A stretch of 58,407 nucleotides of DNA, filler included, from Catajapyx aquilonaris (Eukaryota), in the NCBI GenBank assembly GCA_000934665.2. It is 3 parts of 3 records of this genome, joined end to end, with 100 filler letters (N's around TTAATTAATTAA, not from the genome) between each part and the next. Parts side by side here need not be neighbours in the genome. Positions count along the whole stretch, not along the records: positions 19,370 to 38,954 come from KZ539548.1; positions 39,055 to 58,407 come from JYFJ02006500.1; 1 more part is not named here. The stretch is one strand, 5' to 3'. This document shows, piece after piece, positions 35,701-48,288 of the stretch (its first letter is position 1; the number at the start of each line of letters is the position of its first letter). A program made the translations under genes and the position numbers. The notes under the pieces are model-generated. The model did not search any database. It was not told where the DNA came from and saw only the letters and a list, made by a program, of their open reading frames with translations.

Positions 35701-38700
35701 GGGCCTCGTTGTTGGCCTAGGTGTTTGTCTTGTAGTTGGAGCTGGCGTGGGGCACAAAGGATCATAGTTGGGATCACGAGGGTTGTAACTGCAGGGACAA
35801 TTGGGATCATAGTTCGGGTCACGAGGATTAAGACTGCATCGACAATCCGGAGAATAATTAGGATCACGTGGATTAGTGCTGCATGGACAGTTCGGATCAT
35901 AATTTGGATCACGAGGATTTGGACTGCATCTTGGCGGCTGAGTCGGACGTGTTGTTGGTCGTGTTGTTGGTCGTGTTGTTGGTCGCGGTGTTGGACGTGT
36001 TGTGGGTCGAAGGGTACTTGGTGGGTATGTAAATGGAATGCTTGGTGTAGTGTATATGTATCCAGTGGTCCTGCTTGGGGTGGGTGTTGGTCGCGTTGTT
36101 GGTCTAGTCGTTGGGCGCGTCGTTGGACGCGTCGTTGGCCTCGTCGTTGGCCTGGTTGTTGGCCTGGTTGTTGGAGCTGGTGTAGGGCATAATGGATCGT
36201 AGTTTGGATCACGTGGGTTGTAACTGCAGGGACAATTGGGATTATAATTTGGATCACGTGGATTAAGACTGCATCGACAATCTGGAGAGTAATTAGGATC
36301 ACGAGGGTTGACACTGCATGGACAGTTCGGATCATAATTGGGATCACGAGGGTTTGGACTGCATCTAGGAGGCTGAGTAGGACGTGTTGTGGGACGTGTT
36401 GTGGGACGTGTTGTGGGACGTGTTGTTGGTCGTGTTGTGGGCCTAGTAGTAGGACGGGTAGTGGGCCTGGGTGTTGGAGTAGTTGGTCTAGGACATGACG
36501 GATCGTAATTGGGATCACGTGGGTTGAAACTACAGGGACAATTTGGATCATAATTGGGATCACGCGGATTTGGACTGCACCTTGGCCGTGTAGAACTTGG
36601 TGGGTATGTGAATGTAGTTCTTGGTGTTGTGTACGTGTATCCCGTTGTCCTTCCTGGCGTTGTTGGTCTTGTGGTCGGTCGTGTTGTTGGCCTTGTGGTG
36701 GGCCTGGGAGTAGTGGGTCGTGGACATGACGGATCATAGTTGGGATCACGAGGGTTGAAACTACAAGGGCACAGTGGGTCATAGTTCGGATCTCTAGGAT
36801 TAGGACTACATCGACATGACGGATGATAATTAGGGTCACTTGGATTTGTGCTGCAAGGACAGTTAGGATCGTAATTTGGATCCTGTGGGTTTGGACTGCA
36901 TCTAGGCGGTTGAGTCGGACGTGTCGTCGGTCGTGTGGTTGGACGTGTGGTTGGACGGGTGGTTGGACGGGTGGTTGGACGGGTGGTTGGACGGGTGGTT
37001 GGCCGTGTTGTTGGCCTCGTCGTTGGCCTGGTCGTTGCTGGTGTAGGGCATAAAGGATCATAGTTGGGGTCACGTGGATTGTAACTGCATGGACAATTTC
37101 GGTCGTAATTAGGGTCACGTGGATTTAGACTGCATCGACAATCCGGAGAATAATTAGGATCACGTGGGTTCACACTGCACGGACAGTTCGGATCATAATT
37201 GGGATCACGAGGGTTTGGGCTGCATCTAGGTGGCTGAGTCGGACGTGTTGTTGGATATGTAAATGGTGTACGTGGAGTAGTGTAAGTGTATCCTGTAGTT
37301 CTGAATGGTGTAGTGGGACGTGTCGTTACACGTGTTGTTGGTCGCGTTGTTGGACGTGTTGTGGGGCGAGTTGTAGGCCTCGTTGTTGGCCTTGGAGTTG
37401 TTGCAGGTGTAGGACACGATGGATCATAGTTGGGATCACGTGGATTGTAACTGCATGGACAGTTGGGGTCATAATTAGGATCTCTGGGATTTCTGCTGCA
37501 CTTGCAATCCGGAGAATAATTAGGATCACGTGGGTTCACACTGCAAGGACAATTGGGATCATAGTTGGGATCACGTGGGTTAGGGCTGCATCTAGGCGGT
37601 TGTGTCGGACGTGTTGTTGGATATGTAAATGTTGTACGTGGTGTAGTGTATGTATATCCGGTTGTCCTGGGTGTCGTTGGACGTGTCGTTGGTCTAGTTG
37701 TTGGTCTAGTTGTAGGCCTTGTAGTGGGCCTGGGAGTAGTGGTACTAGGACGTGGACAGGAAGGATCATAGTTAGGATCACGAGGGTTGAAACTGCAGGG
37801 GCACAGTGGGTCGTAGTTCGGATCTCTAGGATTAGGACTGCATCTGCATGAAGGATAATAGTTTGGATCACGTGGATTAGTGCTGCAAGGACAGTTTGGA
37901 TCATAATTTGGATCCTGTGGATTTGGACTGCATCTTGGCGGTTGAGTCGGACGTGTGGTTGGACGTGTGGTTGGACGTGTTGTCGGACGTGTGGTTGGCC
38001 TCGTTGTTGGTCTGCGTGTGGTAGTAGAAGGACCAGGACAAGATGGATCGTAGTGGGGATCACGAGGGTTAAAACTGCAGGGACAATTGGGATCATAATT
38101 AGGATCTCTTGGGTTTGGACTACATTTAGGACGACGTGTTGTACTAGGTGGGTATGTGAATGTTGTACGTGGTGTGGTGTAAGTGTATCCTGTTGTCCTA
38201 GGGGTTGTGGGCCTTGTTGTTGGCCTAGTGGTTGGTCTAGTCGTAGGCCTTGTAGTCGGCCTGGGTGTTGTGGTACTAGGACGTGGACAAGAAGGATCAT
38301 AGTTGGGATCACGAGGGTTGAAACTACAAGGGCACAGAGGGTCATAGTTCGAATCTCTAGGATTAGGACTACATCGACATGACGGATGATAATTAGGGTC
38401 ACGTGGATTTGTGCTGCACGGACAGTTCGGATCGTAATTGGGATCACGGGGATCCGGACTGCATCTGGGAGGTTGAGTCGGACGTGTTGTTGGCCGTGTA
38501 GTTGGTCGCGTTGTTGGGCGTGTTGTCGGTCGTGTTGTTGGCCTCGTTGTTGGCCTTGGAGTTGTTGCTGGCGTTGGACATAATGGATCATAGTTGGGAT
38601 CACGACGGTTGTAACTGCAGGGACAATTGGGATCATAATTAGGGTCACGAGGATTCAGACTGCATCTGCAATCAGGAGAATAATTTGGATCACGGGGGTT

Positions 38701-38952
38701 GACACTACAAGGACAGTTTGGATCGTAGTTGGGATCACGTGGGTTTGGACTGCATCTTGGTGGCTGAGTAGGACGTGTTGTTGGATATGTAAATGTTGTA
38801 CGTGGTGTAGTGTAAGTGTATCCTGTGGTTCTGAATGGTGTAGTAGGACGTGTCGTTACACGCGTTGTTGGTCGCGTTGTTGGACGTGTTGTTGGACGTG
38901 TAGTCGGTCGTGTTGTCGGCCTCGTCGTCGGCCTTGGAGTTGTTGCTGGTGT
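32704..38952 (-). CDS. Giant mucin-like extracellular protein with Cys-loop and (TTRP)n repeats, 5' partial, at least 2082 aa in one exon
   Basis: The frame of ORF 32704..37539 reads on without a stop to the linker in all stretches translated by hand; the GTG at 37539 is an internal Val. Repeats: [27 protein letters not shown](R/S)PDC. Confidence 0.9.
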   Translation of the reverse strand, partial: TPATTPRPTTRPTTRPTTRPTTRPTTRPTTRVTTRPTTPFRTTGYTYTTPRTTFTYPTTRPTQPPRCSPNPRDPNYDPNCPCSVNPRDPNYSPDCRCSLNPRDPNYDPNCPCSYNRRDPNYDPLCPTPATTPRPTTRPTTRPTTRPTTRPTTRPTTRPTQPPRCSPDPRDPNYDPNCPCSTNPRDPNYHPSCRCSPNPRDSNYDPLCPCSFNPRDPNYDPSCPRPSTTTPRPTTRPTTRPTTRPTTRPTTPRTTGYTYTTPRTTFTYPPSTTRRPKCSPNPRDPNYDPNCPCSFNPRDPHYDPSCPGPSTTTRRPTTRPTTRPTTRPTTRPTTRPTQPPRCSPNPQDPNYDPNCPCSTNPRDPNYYPSCRCSPNPRDPNYDPLCPCSFNPRDPNYDPSCPRPSTTTPRPTTRPTTRPTTRPTTRPTTPRTTGYTYTTPRTTFTYPTTRPTQPPRCSPNPRDPNYDPNCPCSVNPRDPNYSPDCKCSRNPRDPNYDPNCPCSYNPRDPNYDPSCPTPATTPRPTTRPTTRPTTRPTTRPTTRVTTRPTTPFRTTGYTYTTPRTPFTYPTTRPTQPPRCSPNPRDPNYDPNCPCSVNPRDPNYSPDCRCSLNPRDPNYDRNCPCSYNPRDPNYDPLCPTPATTRPTTRPTTRPTTRPTTRPTTRPTTRPTTRPTTRPTTRPTQPPRCSPNPQDPNYDPNCPCSTNPSDPNYHPSCRCSPNPRDPNYDPLCPCSFNPRDPNYDPSCPRPTTPRPTTRPTTRPTTRPTTPGRTTGYTYTTPRTTFTYPPSSTRPRCSPNPRDPNYDPNCPCSFNPRDPNYDPSCPRPTTPTPRPTTRPTTRPTTRPTTRPTTRPTTRPTTRPTQPPRCSPNPRDPNYDPNCPCSVNPRDPNYSPDCRCSLNPRDPNYNPNCPCSYNPRDPNYDPLCPTPAPTTRPTTRPTTRPTTRPTTRPTTRPTTRPTPTPSRTTGYIYTTPSIPFTYPPSTLRPTTRPTPRPTTRPTTRPTTRPTQPPRCSPNPRDPNYDPNCPCSTNPRDPNYSPDCRCSLNPRDPNYDPNCPCSYNPRDPNYDPLCPTPAPTTRQTPRPTTRPTTRPTTRPTTRPTTRPTTRPTQPPRCSPNPRDPNYDPNCPCSTNPRDPNYDPVCRCSLNPRDPNYDPNCPCSYNPRDPNYDPLCPTPAPTTRPTTRPTTRPTTRPTPTPSRTTGYTYTTPRVTFTYPPTTRPTPRPTTRPTTRPTQPPRCSPNPRDPNYDPSCPCSINPRDPNYDPSCRCSPNPRHPNYDPNCPCSFNPQDPNYDPACPRPTTPRPTTRPTPRPTTRPTTSGYTYTTPRVTFTYPTSTRSPKCSKDPDSPYFNPRDPECHETDEIIDADSLTPKRTTSTPSGYGTEGYDKCQHAFHSFLCKPGNGRRPFTTGTSRPRPITDAQTDSQVITRPTTRGPCSYVPGTPNYDPSCPSPATRTTTTTTRRPITTTTRRPTPCSYVPGTPNFDPNCPSPATRPTTTTTRRPVITTTTRRPIITTTTTRRPVITTTTRRPITVTTTTRRPVTTKDPFNKETDEDIDSQGITKRPKTTKSPPPTYIPPFPSPGPCSYNPRDPNYDPFCPGPPTPSPPPCSYRPGDPNYDPFCPRPPVPPTTTRRPVTTTTRRPTPGPCSYVPGTPNYRPDCPRPPTPATTTTRRPVTTTTRRPSPGPCSYVPGTPNYSPDCPRPPTPATTTTRRPVTTTTRRPTPGPCSYIPGTPNYRPDCPRPPTPATTTTRRPVTTTTRRPTPGPCSYVPGTPNYRPDCPRPPTPATTTTRRPVTTTTRRPSPGPCSYVPGTPNYSPDCPRPPTPATTTTRRPITTTTRRPITTTTRRPTPGPCSYVPGTPNYRPDCPRPPSPPTTTTTRRPPPGPCSYVPGTPNYSPDCPRPPTPATTTTRRPVTTTTRRPTPGPCSYVPGTPNYRPDCPRPPSPPTPPPRTPPPYLPPLLPGSGINPRSGSGNFNAGLIPPSTGRRRDAVFPAVTEKVVQCQDSFHGFLCKDDGVRKGRDSAKGKEASDEFSNFTYSRGDKEDIRDDNSDLHEHLERQYSSPFHHFESRRMSPRTRKSLVTA

Positions 38953-38954
38953 AG

Positions 38955-39054
38955 NNNNNNNNNNNNNNNNNNNNNNNNNNNNNNNNNNNNNNNNNNNNTT
39001 AATTAATTAANNNNNNNNNNNNNNNNNNNNNNNNNNNNNNNNNNNNNNNNNNNN
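38955..39054. other. Artificial sequence joint (44 N + TTAATTAATTAA + 44 N)
   Basis: Identical to 19270-19369. Confidence 0.95.
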
Positions 39055-39233
39055 CGTTTCCGGACACGGTTTCCTATGTCAAAAATACTTGTCTTTGTCC
39101 CCTCTATTACCCCTGCAAGTCTTTGCAGAGTTACAATAGACACCCTGTATAATAGCAGAACTCTTTGGTAAAAACACGCCTGTTACCTGGCAACTAAGTA
39201 AACACTTGGGACTGCTAATAATAATAATAATAA

Positions 39234-39261
39234 CTAGCAGGTTACCCGGCGTTGCCCGGGT
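39234..39261 (-). mobile_element. Helitron-like 3' terminus
   Basis: Minus strand reads GC hairpin ACCCGGGCAACGCCGGGT, a short spacer, then CTAG|T. Confidence 0.5.
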
Positions 39262-39750
39262 ATGTTGGGGTGCTGGTCAAGATAGGGGTACATATCTGTG
39301 ATAGGCTACCTGCTTGTCTTATAGCGTACAGTCGACACGGATATTCTGATTGGATGTGTAAAAGGAGGAATGCGGATGGAGTTGGCCCAGGAAAACACTG
39401 CACAGCCATGTGCTTTTCCCCCTGCATTTTTGACCCCTTGACCCCCCCCCCCCCAACCCCACTTCACACCCCCACCTTGTTCCATATGTTTGCTCTGAAG
39501 AACTTCAGAAATGTACATACAGATGTATGATGGGAAATTTTGTTTTCAACATGGAGTAATATTTTGCAAATACTGTATTATTTAATTGTATTTACTTTGT
39601 CTGGAAGTCTACTTTCAAATCCCACAAAATCCCGGAATTACCATAAGATACGAAGTCACGTGAGGTGGCCAATTAGCGTATTTGGTGGATGCGCTGAATT
39701 TACGGAGATGGTTTAATTTGCTAGGTATTGTGGCATAAGGGCATTTCCTA

Positions 39751-40050
39751 GGGGAGACAAAGTGGCGCTGCGGAAACGTCGGGTTCGATCCCAGCCCGGG
39801 GTTCCCTCCTTCATCCCGTGCAGAGTTGGGTCGTCTCTGGCTTCGTTTCGGGTGGAATCTCCTCAGACTAATCCACCCGGGGGAGTTCACAAAATATACC
39901 GTTTGAGAATTGCACTTGCACCTTGCACATCCCCTCCCAGTCAGCCTGCCCTTGGGCCCGGGCGCTACGTCAAAAAGGTTCCATCAAGACGAAATAAAGG
40001 TTCCCTCACTGCGGTACGATGCAGGGAGGTAAATAGCTAAAAAAAAGAGA
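39751..40050 (+). mobile_element. tRNA-derived SINE, family A (internal deletion in head)
   Basis: Head and core match 1401-1610; TSD GGCATTTCC at 39740 and 40051. Confidence 0.8.
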
Positions 40051-40267
40051 GGCATTTCCATGGGAATGCAAATTTATTTATTGTTATTGATGTAAGCTAA
40101 TTGTTGAGGCAGGAATATGCGTGTTGTGGAAGTTATGTACATTTTCGGAAGCTGAAACATGCGGCATTAGATTCCTTGGAAAAAGTAACCCCCTATATTT
40201 AAGGCGGTGTAAAGGCCTTCCCCTGGATTTCTATAAGGGACAAACATCCAAACTCACAAACTCACAA

Positions 40268-40404
40268 TTGTCAGAACCGCATATTCTGACCAGGTTCAAT
40301 TGCGACAATTAGGGTAATACCGCCTACAGCATAATGTTGTCAGTATCGCATATTCTGGCCGGGTTTAATTGCGACAATTGGGTAATGCCTCCTACAGCAT
40401 AATG
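40268..40404. repeat. Tandem duplication of about 69 bp
   Basis: TTGTCAG..CGCATATTCTG..CAATT..CCTACAGCATAATG occurs twice. Confidence 0.75.
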
Positions 40405-41537
40405 TGGATAGTTTTTTTTATTGTGACTCAAATCAGAAAGTTAGGCGCCGTACAGGCGGCTTTCGAGCTCCGTAGGCGACGTACAGGCGGATGTGGTCCA
40501 ACCGAAGTTCTCAGTGAGTGTTAGTCGCTAGGCATTCTGGGTCATGTGAGTGTCTTGACCAATCAGGGACAATTTTTGAAGTCGGCGGTTCACAAGGGGA
40601 ATCGAGTTTGCTGGTTGGTGTAAATTGAGGTAATTTTGTTGGACCAATAGGGTGCTGTAATTCAAATTTGGGAACCAATCATCGGTCCTTAGGGTGAGAG
40701 TGCATGAAAAAGTTAGGCTCGCTACAACAGCGGCAAAAATCAGGAGGAAGGAAAGAGAGGGGGAGAGGCTCGGCCCTCGGGGCAGATAGTCAGAGACCAT
40801 AGTGCGAGACGGTTGAGGTAGCCGGTCGTTCCCATTTAGGCGGCGACCACGCCATTTTTAGGGATGTAAATTAGGTCTCGGGGTTGAGTTGTTGTTGGGA
40901 TGGCACCCAGGTAGTGGAGTTTTCGAGTAGGGCTATGGGAGAGCGAATGGGTGCGGGGTTTGCTGGGATGTTAGGCGGGGTAGTGGTGTTGTGGCCATGA
41001 TGGAGAGGAGACAGGATTAGTTGGGCTTGGGAGGTAAATTTTGAGAGGGGCCAGATTTTTGGGTGAAGCAGGAAATTCAAAAGGGGGTGTGCCGAAGTGG
41101 CAATAGTTAGGCTGCGATGCTGATCCAGTCAGCTAATTATACCCATTTGTAAAAACTCCTCCCAAAATTAGTTGTTTTTGCATCAAGCCCCAACAATCCA
41201 AGATGGTTGTCCGCATCACAAGACGGCTGGCCGCAACACAAGACGGCGTCCCAAGGATGGAAGAAGAGGGGGGGTGAGAGCGTAAGAGTGTAACGAAGAA
41301 TAACCACACCTGTTTGATCATTTTGTTTGTAATTTAATTTTTTTGGAATAATAATTTGGTTCTAACTAAATCTGTCTCGACTACCTCTTTCCAACCCTGC
41401 TCACTTCACCTCACTTTGGGGGACACGCCCCTTCGAATTGTCTCCTCAATTCGGAGGCCTCCACACAATCAAGCTTCCTTATTTATAGATATAAAGATAT
41501 TATTATTATTATTATTAATAATAATAATAATAATAAT

Positions 41538-41945
41538 GTTTTATTTACCGCACCTGTGGCCTAGGCCATATGGGCGGGTGGTTCGCACGGAACATCTAAT
41601 ATTGAATATCACAAAAAACGACCTTGGTTGTCTGTGGTTTTCCAAGGTCACCCCAGGAAAAAAATTCCGGGATCGTACCGTAAAATAGGCCACAGCCGCT
41701 TCCTTCCTTTCCCTGTCCTGGAGGAGGTGCGGGTCAGTGGGGAGTTTCTGACTCACATCTAGGGAGTCATCTTGGCGAACAGGCCCCCTGAGGGACTGCA
41801 CACGATCCCCAACTTGATGACATTGCATATGCACCAGTGTCCCCCCCCTCCTATCCCTACTCTGTCCCTGCACATAGTGGTATTCCACTCCCCTAAGAGA
41901 GCCCATGGCTCTAGCACGGGGTATATCTTAAAAATAAAAATAAAA
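41538..41945 (+). mobile_element. Composite SINE remnant (family C core + family B body + shared 3' stem-loop), abutting an inverted SINE tail and (TAT)n(AAT)n
   Basis: GGCCACAGCCGCTTCCTTCC core as in 52415-52710; GGGACTGCAC..ATGACATTGCA as in 5861-6220; CACGGGGTA plus A-rich tail. Confidence 0.65.
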
Positions 41946-41974
41946 CGAGCTTATTACAAATCTCACAAAAAAAT

Positions 41975-43089
41975 CTATGCACCTGATACAGTACATATGC
42001 TGGGATATCTTTGAAAATTGAGAACATTTGGTACATATTTTTCCAGATCAATTCTCTGTGTATTAAAAAAAGGGCAGGCATACATTACGTGGAAGAGATC
42101 AAAGTCTTGCAATGTGTTACATAAAGTACTACATATATTCTGAGGTGCAAAATCAAACCTGTAGATATTAACCCAAATTGACTGAGTGTTATTTCTTAGG
42201 TTTGCCAAAAATTTGGTAATTTTTACCGGGAGATTATAATTAAAATAAATTTCTCTTACATAACTCAAATCCTTAATCGCTGAGTAATTTGCATATCTTT
42301 TAGATGTCATGAGCCATGAGAAAACAGGATGTGGCGTAACTGCAGCTATTCGTAGTCTCACTATTATTTTGTCACCTTAATAAAGTTGATCATAATCTTA
42401 AGTATATTTATGATCATTGGCCTTCTACCCGTTTCTAACCGGAGGAAATAACCCGCTGTACTCATTGGTAAGTTCAAGAATTTCTTTAAAAACCGCACCT
42501 GTACCTTCTCCTGCTCTGCTTAGCTCAGCTCAGTGCCCATACATTCGCATTATATAACGCGGCCGGGGCCACCTGAGCATCGAACAGTTTGCAACGCAGT
42601 GGAAAGGCTCCGATTTTTGTACTTCATTAACGTTACCCAAATAGCGTTCATCATTGTTATATCTTAGGAACAAAAATAGTTGGCAGTCTTTTTGTTCCTA
42701 GTATTACTATAGAGGGGGACACCCAGGTATTTATAGTTGTCTGTTATTTGCATCGTGTCTTCCTTCCACCTAAAACTAATTTGGTTCTACTGTTTTATGC
42801 TTTAAGGAAATTCAATATCTTTGTTTTATCCAAATTAATTTTCAAGTACAGTAGTTATTTCCAAGTATTCTGCAAGCAAGTTAATTTGCTTTTGTAAGTA
42901 TAGAGGATTATCAGCCATAATTACGAGATCGTCCGCATATCCCAAGAAATGCATATCTTCGGTATTCGAGAATAAATTGACCCCTGGAATTTTAGAATCC
43001 AGGAAAGTCTGCCTTAGACCTGCAGTAAACAAATTAAACAAGGTCGGGCTTAAGCTTTCCCCATGGGACTGGTAATATGTCCACTCCAC
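41975..43089 (-). mobile_element. Decayed non-LTR retrotransposon (LINE) ORF2 fragments
   Basis: RT motifs GESLSPTLFNLF and LGYADDLVIMA (42835-43089); C-terminal CSTLC..HVMYAC zinc-knuckle-like segment (41975-42361). Confidence 0.8.
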
Positions 43090-43637
43090 GGCCAGTCGTG
43101 CCCAGCACTGTACAATGAATTATTTTACGACCATACCAGGCGCGTTCTGTAACATCATTCTTGCCTTCATTCCACTTTGTGTGACGTCAACATTGCGCTA
43201 GGACGAAGTGATGTCACCATGTCCTAACTAAAAAATGCTAATAGCTTCGGAACTGAAACTGATTTCTTAAAACGGAATGCACCCAAAAAATCCAAAAAAT
43301 ATGGGCGAATTTATGATCTAGTTTCCAAAATGAAGGCTAGGACTTCATTGCAAGGACTTTATGTCCATACTTGTCTAATACAACCTTGTTCCACCCTAGC
43401 AGTAAGGTTTAATTTGTATTAATAAGTATAAATTCACATTATTTTATACTTTCATTTCTAACTTGTGAGTTGTTTTGCTCCTTCACATAAGGCAGTATTA
43501 TAGACATTTAATGACAGTCACTATTTAAAAATCTAATAATTTTCAAGGGAAGAAAATAATTACTAAACTTGCCCCACTTTATACCTCTGACCAGCTGCCC
43601 CCAGGCACACCAGCCTCCTGGTCCACCCCGTGTAGTA

Positions 43638-44166
43638 CAGTTGACTCCAGATATAAGACTTCCGCGAAAAAAAGTACGACAATACCAAGGTCTGTTATAG
43701 CCAAATTGCCACTTTTGCAACAAATACGCAAACTTTTTTGCTTCCCATATGCTTCTAATGTCCACTACTGCATACATTAATAAAACTATCCACAAAAAAT
43801 ACAAAATTAGCTCACCGTAAATTACACACAACCAAAAAAAAAGTAATTTTCTTCTACCATCCAGTTGTTGGTAGATATACCAGAAAAAGTATGATTTTGA
43901 GTAGCTTAGGTCAGTGACAGATGCGAAAATCCCCCATGCTGCAGTATTGTATGCCTTTCTGCACATGGGAAAGGAAGTTGAATAATAAAAAACAGCCTAT
44001 TTTCCCACCGAGGGGCAAAAACATGGCCTGTTATAGCCAAGGTGAGGTGAAAATGAGTTTGTTATATCAGGAATAAAAATTCACAGGGCCTTATGGAAGT
44101 ATGCTGTGACTGTCTATTATACCGAAAGTCTGTTATAGCCAAGGCCGTTATATCCGGAGTCAACTC
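43638..44166. mobile_element. Tigger/pogo-like MITE
   Basis: TA|CAGTTGACTCCAGATATAA ... TTATATCCGGAGTCAACTC|TA; internal GTTATAGCCAA repeats. Confidence 0.7.
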
Positions 44167-44201
44167 TAACATAAAATTTAATAACATGACAAGCATCTTA
44201 C

Positions 44202-47200
44202 CATGGCATCATGATTGGAATGTCTGTTTAACTTATGCTCTTCTAATTCTTGTTTGGTGACAAAGGCAGCATCACATTTCTTGCACAAGAGCAGCGCATC
44301 TAGCAAAACATAAGGAAGCAATTTTTCCTGCAAAAAACAAAGAAGAACATTCATAACATACCAAGTCATAAACCAAGATCTAACTAGCAATGATCATTTC
44401 ACAAATGAGTTCATGCGGACACACTATCACCCACCTTGACTCTTCCTAAAGGCTTCATGGAGTTTACAGCCACATCACTTTGCTCCTCCACAATGTTATC
44501 TCCACCATTTGACTTGTCTTCTCCACTTTTTGTCGCATGCTGAAATTAAACAGAGTAAGACAGATAAGTACAATTTAAGATCATACTCTACTGATCAAGT
44601 ACAATTTGCAGGCAGGCGTCATTAACCCTGCGACTGTGACGTTCTAAATGTTCGCCCTCCGGTGACTATTTTTGCGAACAAGTCACATTTTTTGTTATAA
44701 CATGGGAAATATAGCACATTTGGGCTTCACCTTTGAGAAAGTCTTGGGTTGATTCCTTCTGCGATAAATGCCATTTAGTTCGCATATTTTCAGCAAGTAG
44801 AAAGATCAGGGGAAAAAAATTAATTGTGCACCGATGCATAGTTGGGGACAAAATGTCCCCGCGTTCGAGAGCCCTCATACAGATCAAGTCAAGGAGTTAT
44901 TTCACTGTTTGTCAATTTTATTCATGGGAGGGTTTGCTTCATTTTAGAATATCTGTTCATGAATGAACGTGTTTGAGACACCAACAATCCGCATGGGTCA
45001 TGGACTTCGCATAACATGGCGGCCACTTCCAGCACTTGCTGTAATCTGTGTAGTCATTTGCTCAACATCGTTCGCGGTACATATCATGAAATTTTTGTCC
45101 ATAGGTTTCCGAAATATAACACAATTTTAGGGTTCGGCTCTATAAGAATCACCATGTACTTTCCATGTAGGTTAATGATGCTGGTGGACCAAAACTAGTA
45201 TTTATGGGCGAGAAAGTTTGCTGAGCACCCACTATCCTCCAATTCTTGCCAAACCTCTCCGCCTGTCATCTTCTGACTGAATCAGTCCCCCTCCTTTTGT
45301 AACCCCTCAGCAGCACCTCTACAGGCTGGCATGCTTGCCAATTTGGGGGGGGGGGAAAGAAGAGATAAATGGCATTTAGACATGGTGTTAATTTTTTTTT
45401 CAGCAGAGGGTGGGGGGGTGGGACTTTCTATAGCTACTTCCACACACCTTTCCTTCCAGGTCCTGAAATGAACTGTCCATCTTGGCACTACTGGACACCT
45501 CCATGATTTCCACAGTAGGAGGTTGTGGCTCAACCTCTGCTTTGATGGGGACAGTAAGAATAAAACTGGACTCCTCCTCTGCCATGCTCTTCGCACTTGC
45601 AATAGCCTCCTCCACGATATTGAAGTCCCCCAAGCATTCTGGTGTCTCTTCTTTTATCTTGAGTAACCATGTCTCCTCAGTTGTAATCATATCATCATCC
45701 TCTTCTTCCCATTCCTTCTTTATGAAAGGCAGGGGCATGGTGTCAGCTGGACCTGTAAATTTATCACGAAATATGGTTATATATTTTCAAGGTGACACCC
45801 CATGTGTATGCTGAGTTGTGATCCAACATTTTATAACATTTTAAAAGCTGATGTTCATTAAAACACCCAATTAATATGACTGAAATGGGTGTGGTCCATC
45901 TGCTGAACCTTCAGCCTCTGACATGCAGATAGTTTGTCCTCAAATTTATTTTTACTTTTCTTTCACATCTTCAAGCGATATTTAGTATTTTGCAAGATGG
46001 TACAATGGCAAAATAAGTACAGATAATGTATTTGACAAATAAAGTGGATTTAATTGACTCACTGTACCTTTCTCCACCGAAATGTGCCCAACCTGCACAA
46101 CACAACAAACTCATCACTCCCAGCCACCTTGCCCCCTCAAGCCGCTTTCAATCAGTTGTACATTGTACTCCCCCCTACTGGCACTTCCTTCTGGAATAAG
46201 TGCACTTCACTTTTTTCACCGAATACCCTTGGCACCCAATCAGTTACATGTAGAGCATATTCTCCCTACTACCCCACAACGTCATTAGACTCATTACCAG
46301 AGCCGTAAATTAGCAGTTAACATATCCTGGCTTCGTCAACTGACCTGTCCATGGTTAAGCCCAACTCCAAACTGTCTAATGGCTAGCTCACATATAGGCC
46401 GGTTAAATAGAAAATGCTAACCAGATGAAACCTGCATTCCAAAAGTAATTGCCACCCTGCATTCTGGAGGGGATTAGCTTGCTTGATCCATGTGACTCAT
46501 GAACATGTGCATTGTTCAAATCTCAAGATAACTACGGTTGTACCGGTGTGTTAGTTACGGTTGTACTCAAGATAACTGACAAAGGTGTAATTTTGCAGGA
46601 TAGCGAATTGAAGTTTGCATTTTCTTAAATCATAGGGAATGCTGGTTTTGATCTAGTCAGTGTGGCCATCTCGTGCATGATATGTGAACTTGGAGTATAC
46701 TAAACCGTTTGTAACGTCTTATACATAGTTGCTAGGTGTTTAGGTCAAAAATGACAAAAATGTCAGTTATCATTTTTTTACATCACACCCCTCATTTGAA
46801 ACCAAGTAATGGAAATCGGTGGGCACGAAACATGTGCATAGCAATTGGTTGGGGGAAGGGACCCTTTTTGGCTCTTTCTTACCCTGGTTTCAGGCACACC
46901 CTTGCATAGACTTTCAAAACAATGCATAGGGCGTGGGTGTGGTTTACTGCACGTCTATTGACCAATTCAGTCAACCTGTGCGCAGTACAACCATCCACAC
47001 CCGTAAAGGTGGAAAACGCGTGCAATTGGTGTGTGTGTGTGTGACAGAGACGGCATGCGTCTAATAACCTGGTAACAAGTCATAGCGATAAGTTAGTAGT
47101 GTCGTACGAGACAAAACGCGACAAAACCCTGTATTTTCCATCCGTATGAAGTCTCAACCTCGGCCTCCTGGCATCTCGAGCCTACCTTCAAGGCACAAGG

Positions 47201-47262
47201 TCCTAATACAACAAAGGTCAGAAATACCAAACTTCCTCACCTTCGTCCATCTCGTGTTCCAT
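44202..47262 (-). CDS. C2H2 zinc-finger protein, partial: complement(join(44202..44327,44435..44539,45448..45752,47241..47262 putative first exon)); downstream exons not found
   Basis: Phase-consistent GT-AG exons read MEHEMDE-GPADTMPLPFIKKE..KIKEE.. / HATKSGEDK.. / EKLLP..CKKCDAAFVTKQELEEHKLNRH (C2H2 finger). Confidence 0.7.
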
Positions 47263-47856
47263 CTCGACCACCCGGCTTGCCGGCCCAGCTCGGCCAGCTG
47301 TCTCCTGTCTGTGGTCCACTGGTCTGTTCCACAAAGCAGACAAAGCCAAGGCCAAGCGTCCTCTCCCTCTCCCCCCACTTTCTCTCCTCCCTCTGACACT
47401 CTCGCTCCCCAGGCGGTACAAATCAACGGTACAAATACATATATAAATGTAATGTATATAACAAATATAAAAATAAAATAAGTAACACAAAAAATAAAAA
47501 TAATTAAAAATTTGCAAGTCCTGCCTTCTCATCGCTTCACTGGGAGTGTTTGTACATCATCATTGGTTGCTGACAGGGTTGCTTTGTTGTGTTGCCAGCC
47601 GCGCCGCCTCTCGGAGGACGAGGACAAGGAGGGCCCTGTGGTGTGAGAGGTGGCGCGAAGAGGTCGGGTCTCGGGTGTCGTACTGTCGTTTTGGGGTGTC
47701 TGGTGTCAGCATGGCGCGGCTGGCTTCACGGACGCACCGGAGCAGCTGGCTGGTGCCTAGTGGCAGGAGTGCGAGTGGATGGAAAGAAGCCTCACCACCC
47801 GGAATGGCTCGTGAGAACCACTGTCTTCCAGGGAATCCCAATGCTTGGGCGAGAAG

Positions 47857-48288
47857 TATTGGTCCCCAACCTTTTTATCGCCCCGGACCGGTCAACGTTT
47901 GATAATTTTACCACGGCCCGCTGAGGGGGGGGGGGGGGGGTTAGATTGTTTTGATTTAATAATTCTCATTTTATTGTACTTAAACATGGCTTCAAAATAA
48001 AATATAGTTACACCAAAAAATGAATATAAAGTGATTGAACATGTCACCTCACTTGAACGCAAAATCAATGAGAACCCTGAGCTTGTTTCTTTGCAACGAG
48101 ACGGTTCCATCTAGGGGTATAGCGTTGGAAATACCCTGCCAAGGCCAGAAATACCGTACCACGGCCCCAGATCAGACGATATATCGATAAATGTAGAAAA
48201 AAAAATGAAATGGAAATAATTGGGCGGCCCGGTACCATTTGATCCACGGACCGGTACCGGTCCGCGGCCCGGGGGTTGGGGACCACTG
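47857..48288. mobile_element. hAT (Charlie-like) MITE
   Basis: TIR TGGTCCCCAACC / GGTTGGGGACCACTG; GGACCGGT subterminal motifs. Confidence 0.65.

Noticed and set aside
34857..38648. 753-aa and 370-aa minus ORFs as separate genes or a frameshift
   Set aside because: Shifted-frame readings of the same repeats; the main frame has the same phase on both sides of 37539
19370..38954. Gly/Tyr cluster nested in a tweek intron
   Set aside because: Separated by an artificial linker, and no downstream tweek exon seen
33100..38954. CRISPR-like or satellite array
   Set aside because: Repeats are in-frame coding units with synonymous variation in a eukaryotic gene
40528..41130. Second decayed LINE RT fragment on minus (HYLG..YLNRL..IFAAVVASL)
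   Set aside because: Only a faint motif resemblance across frameshifts; cannot be supported without a search
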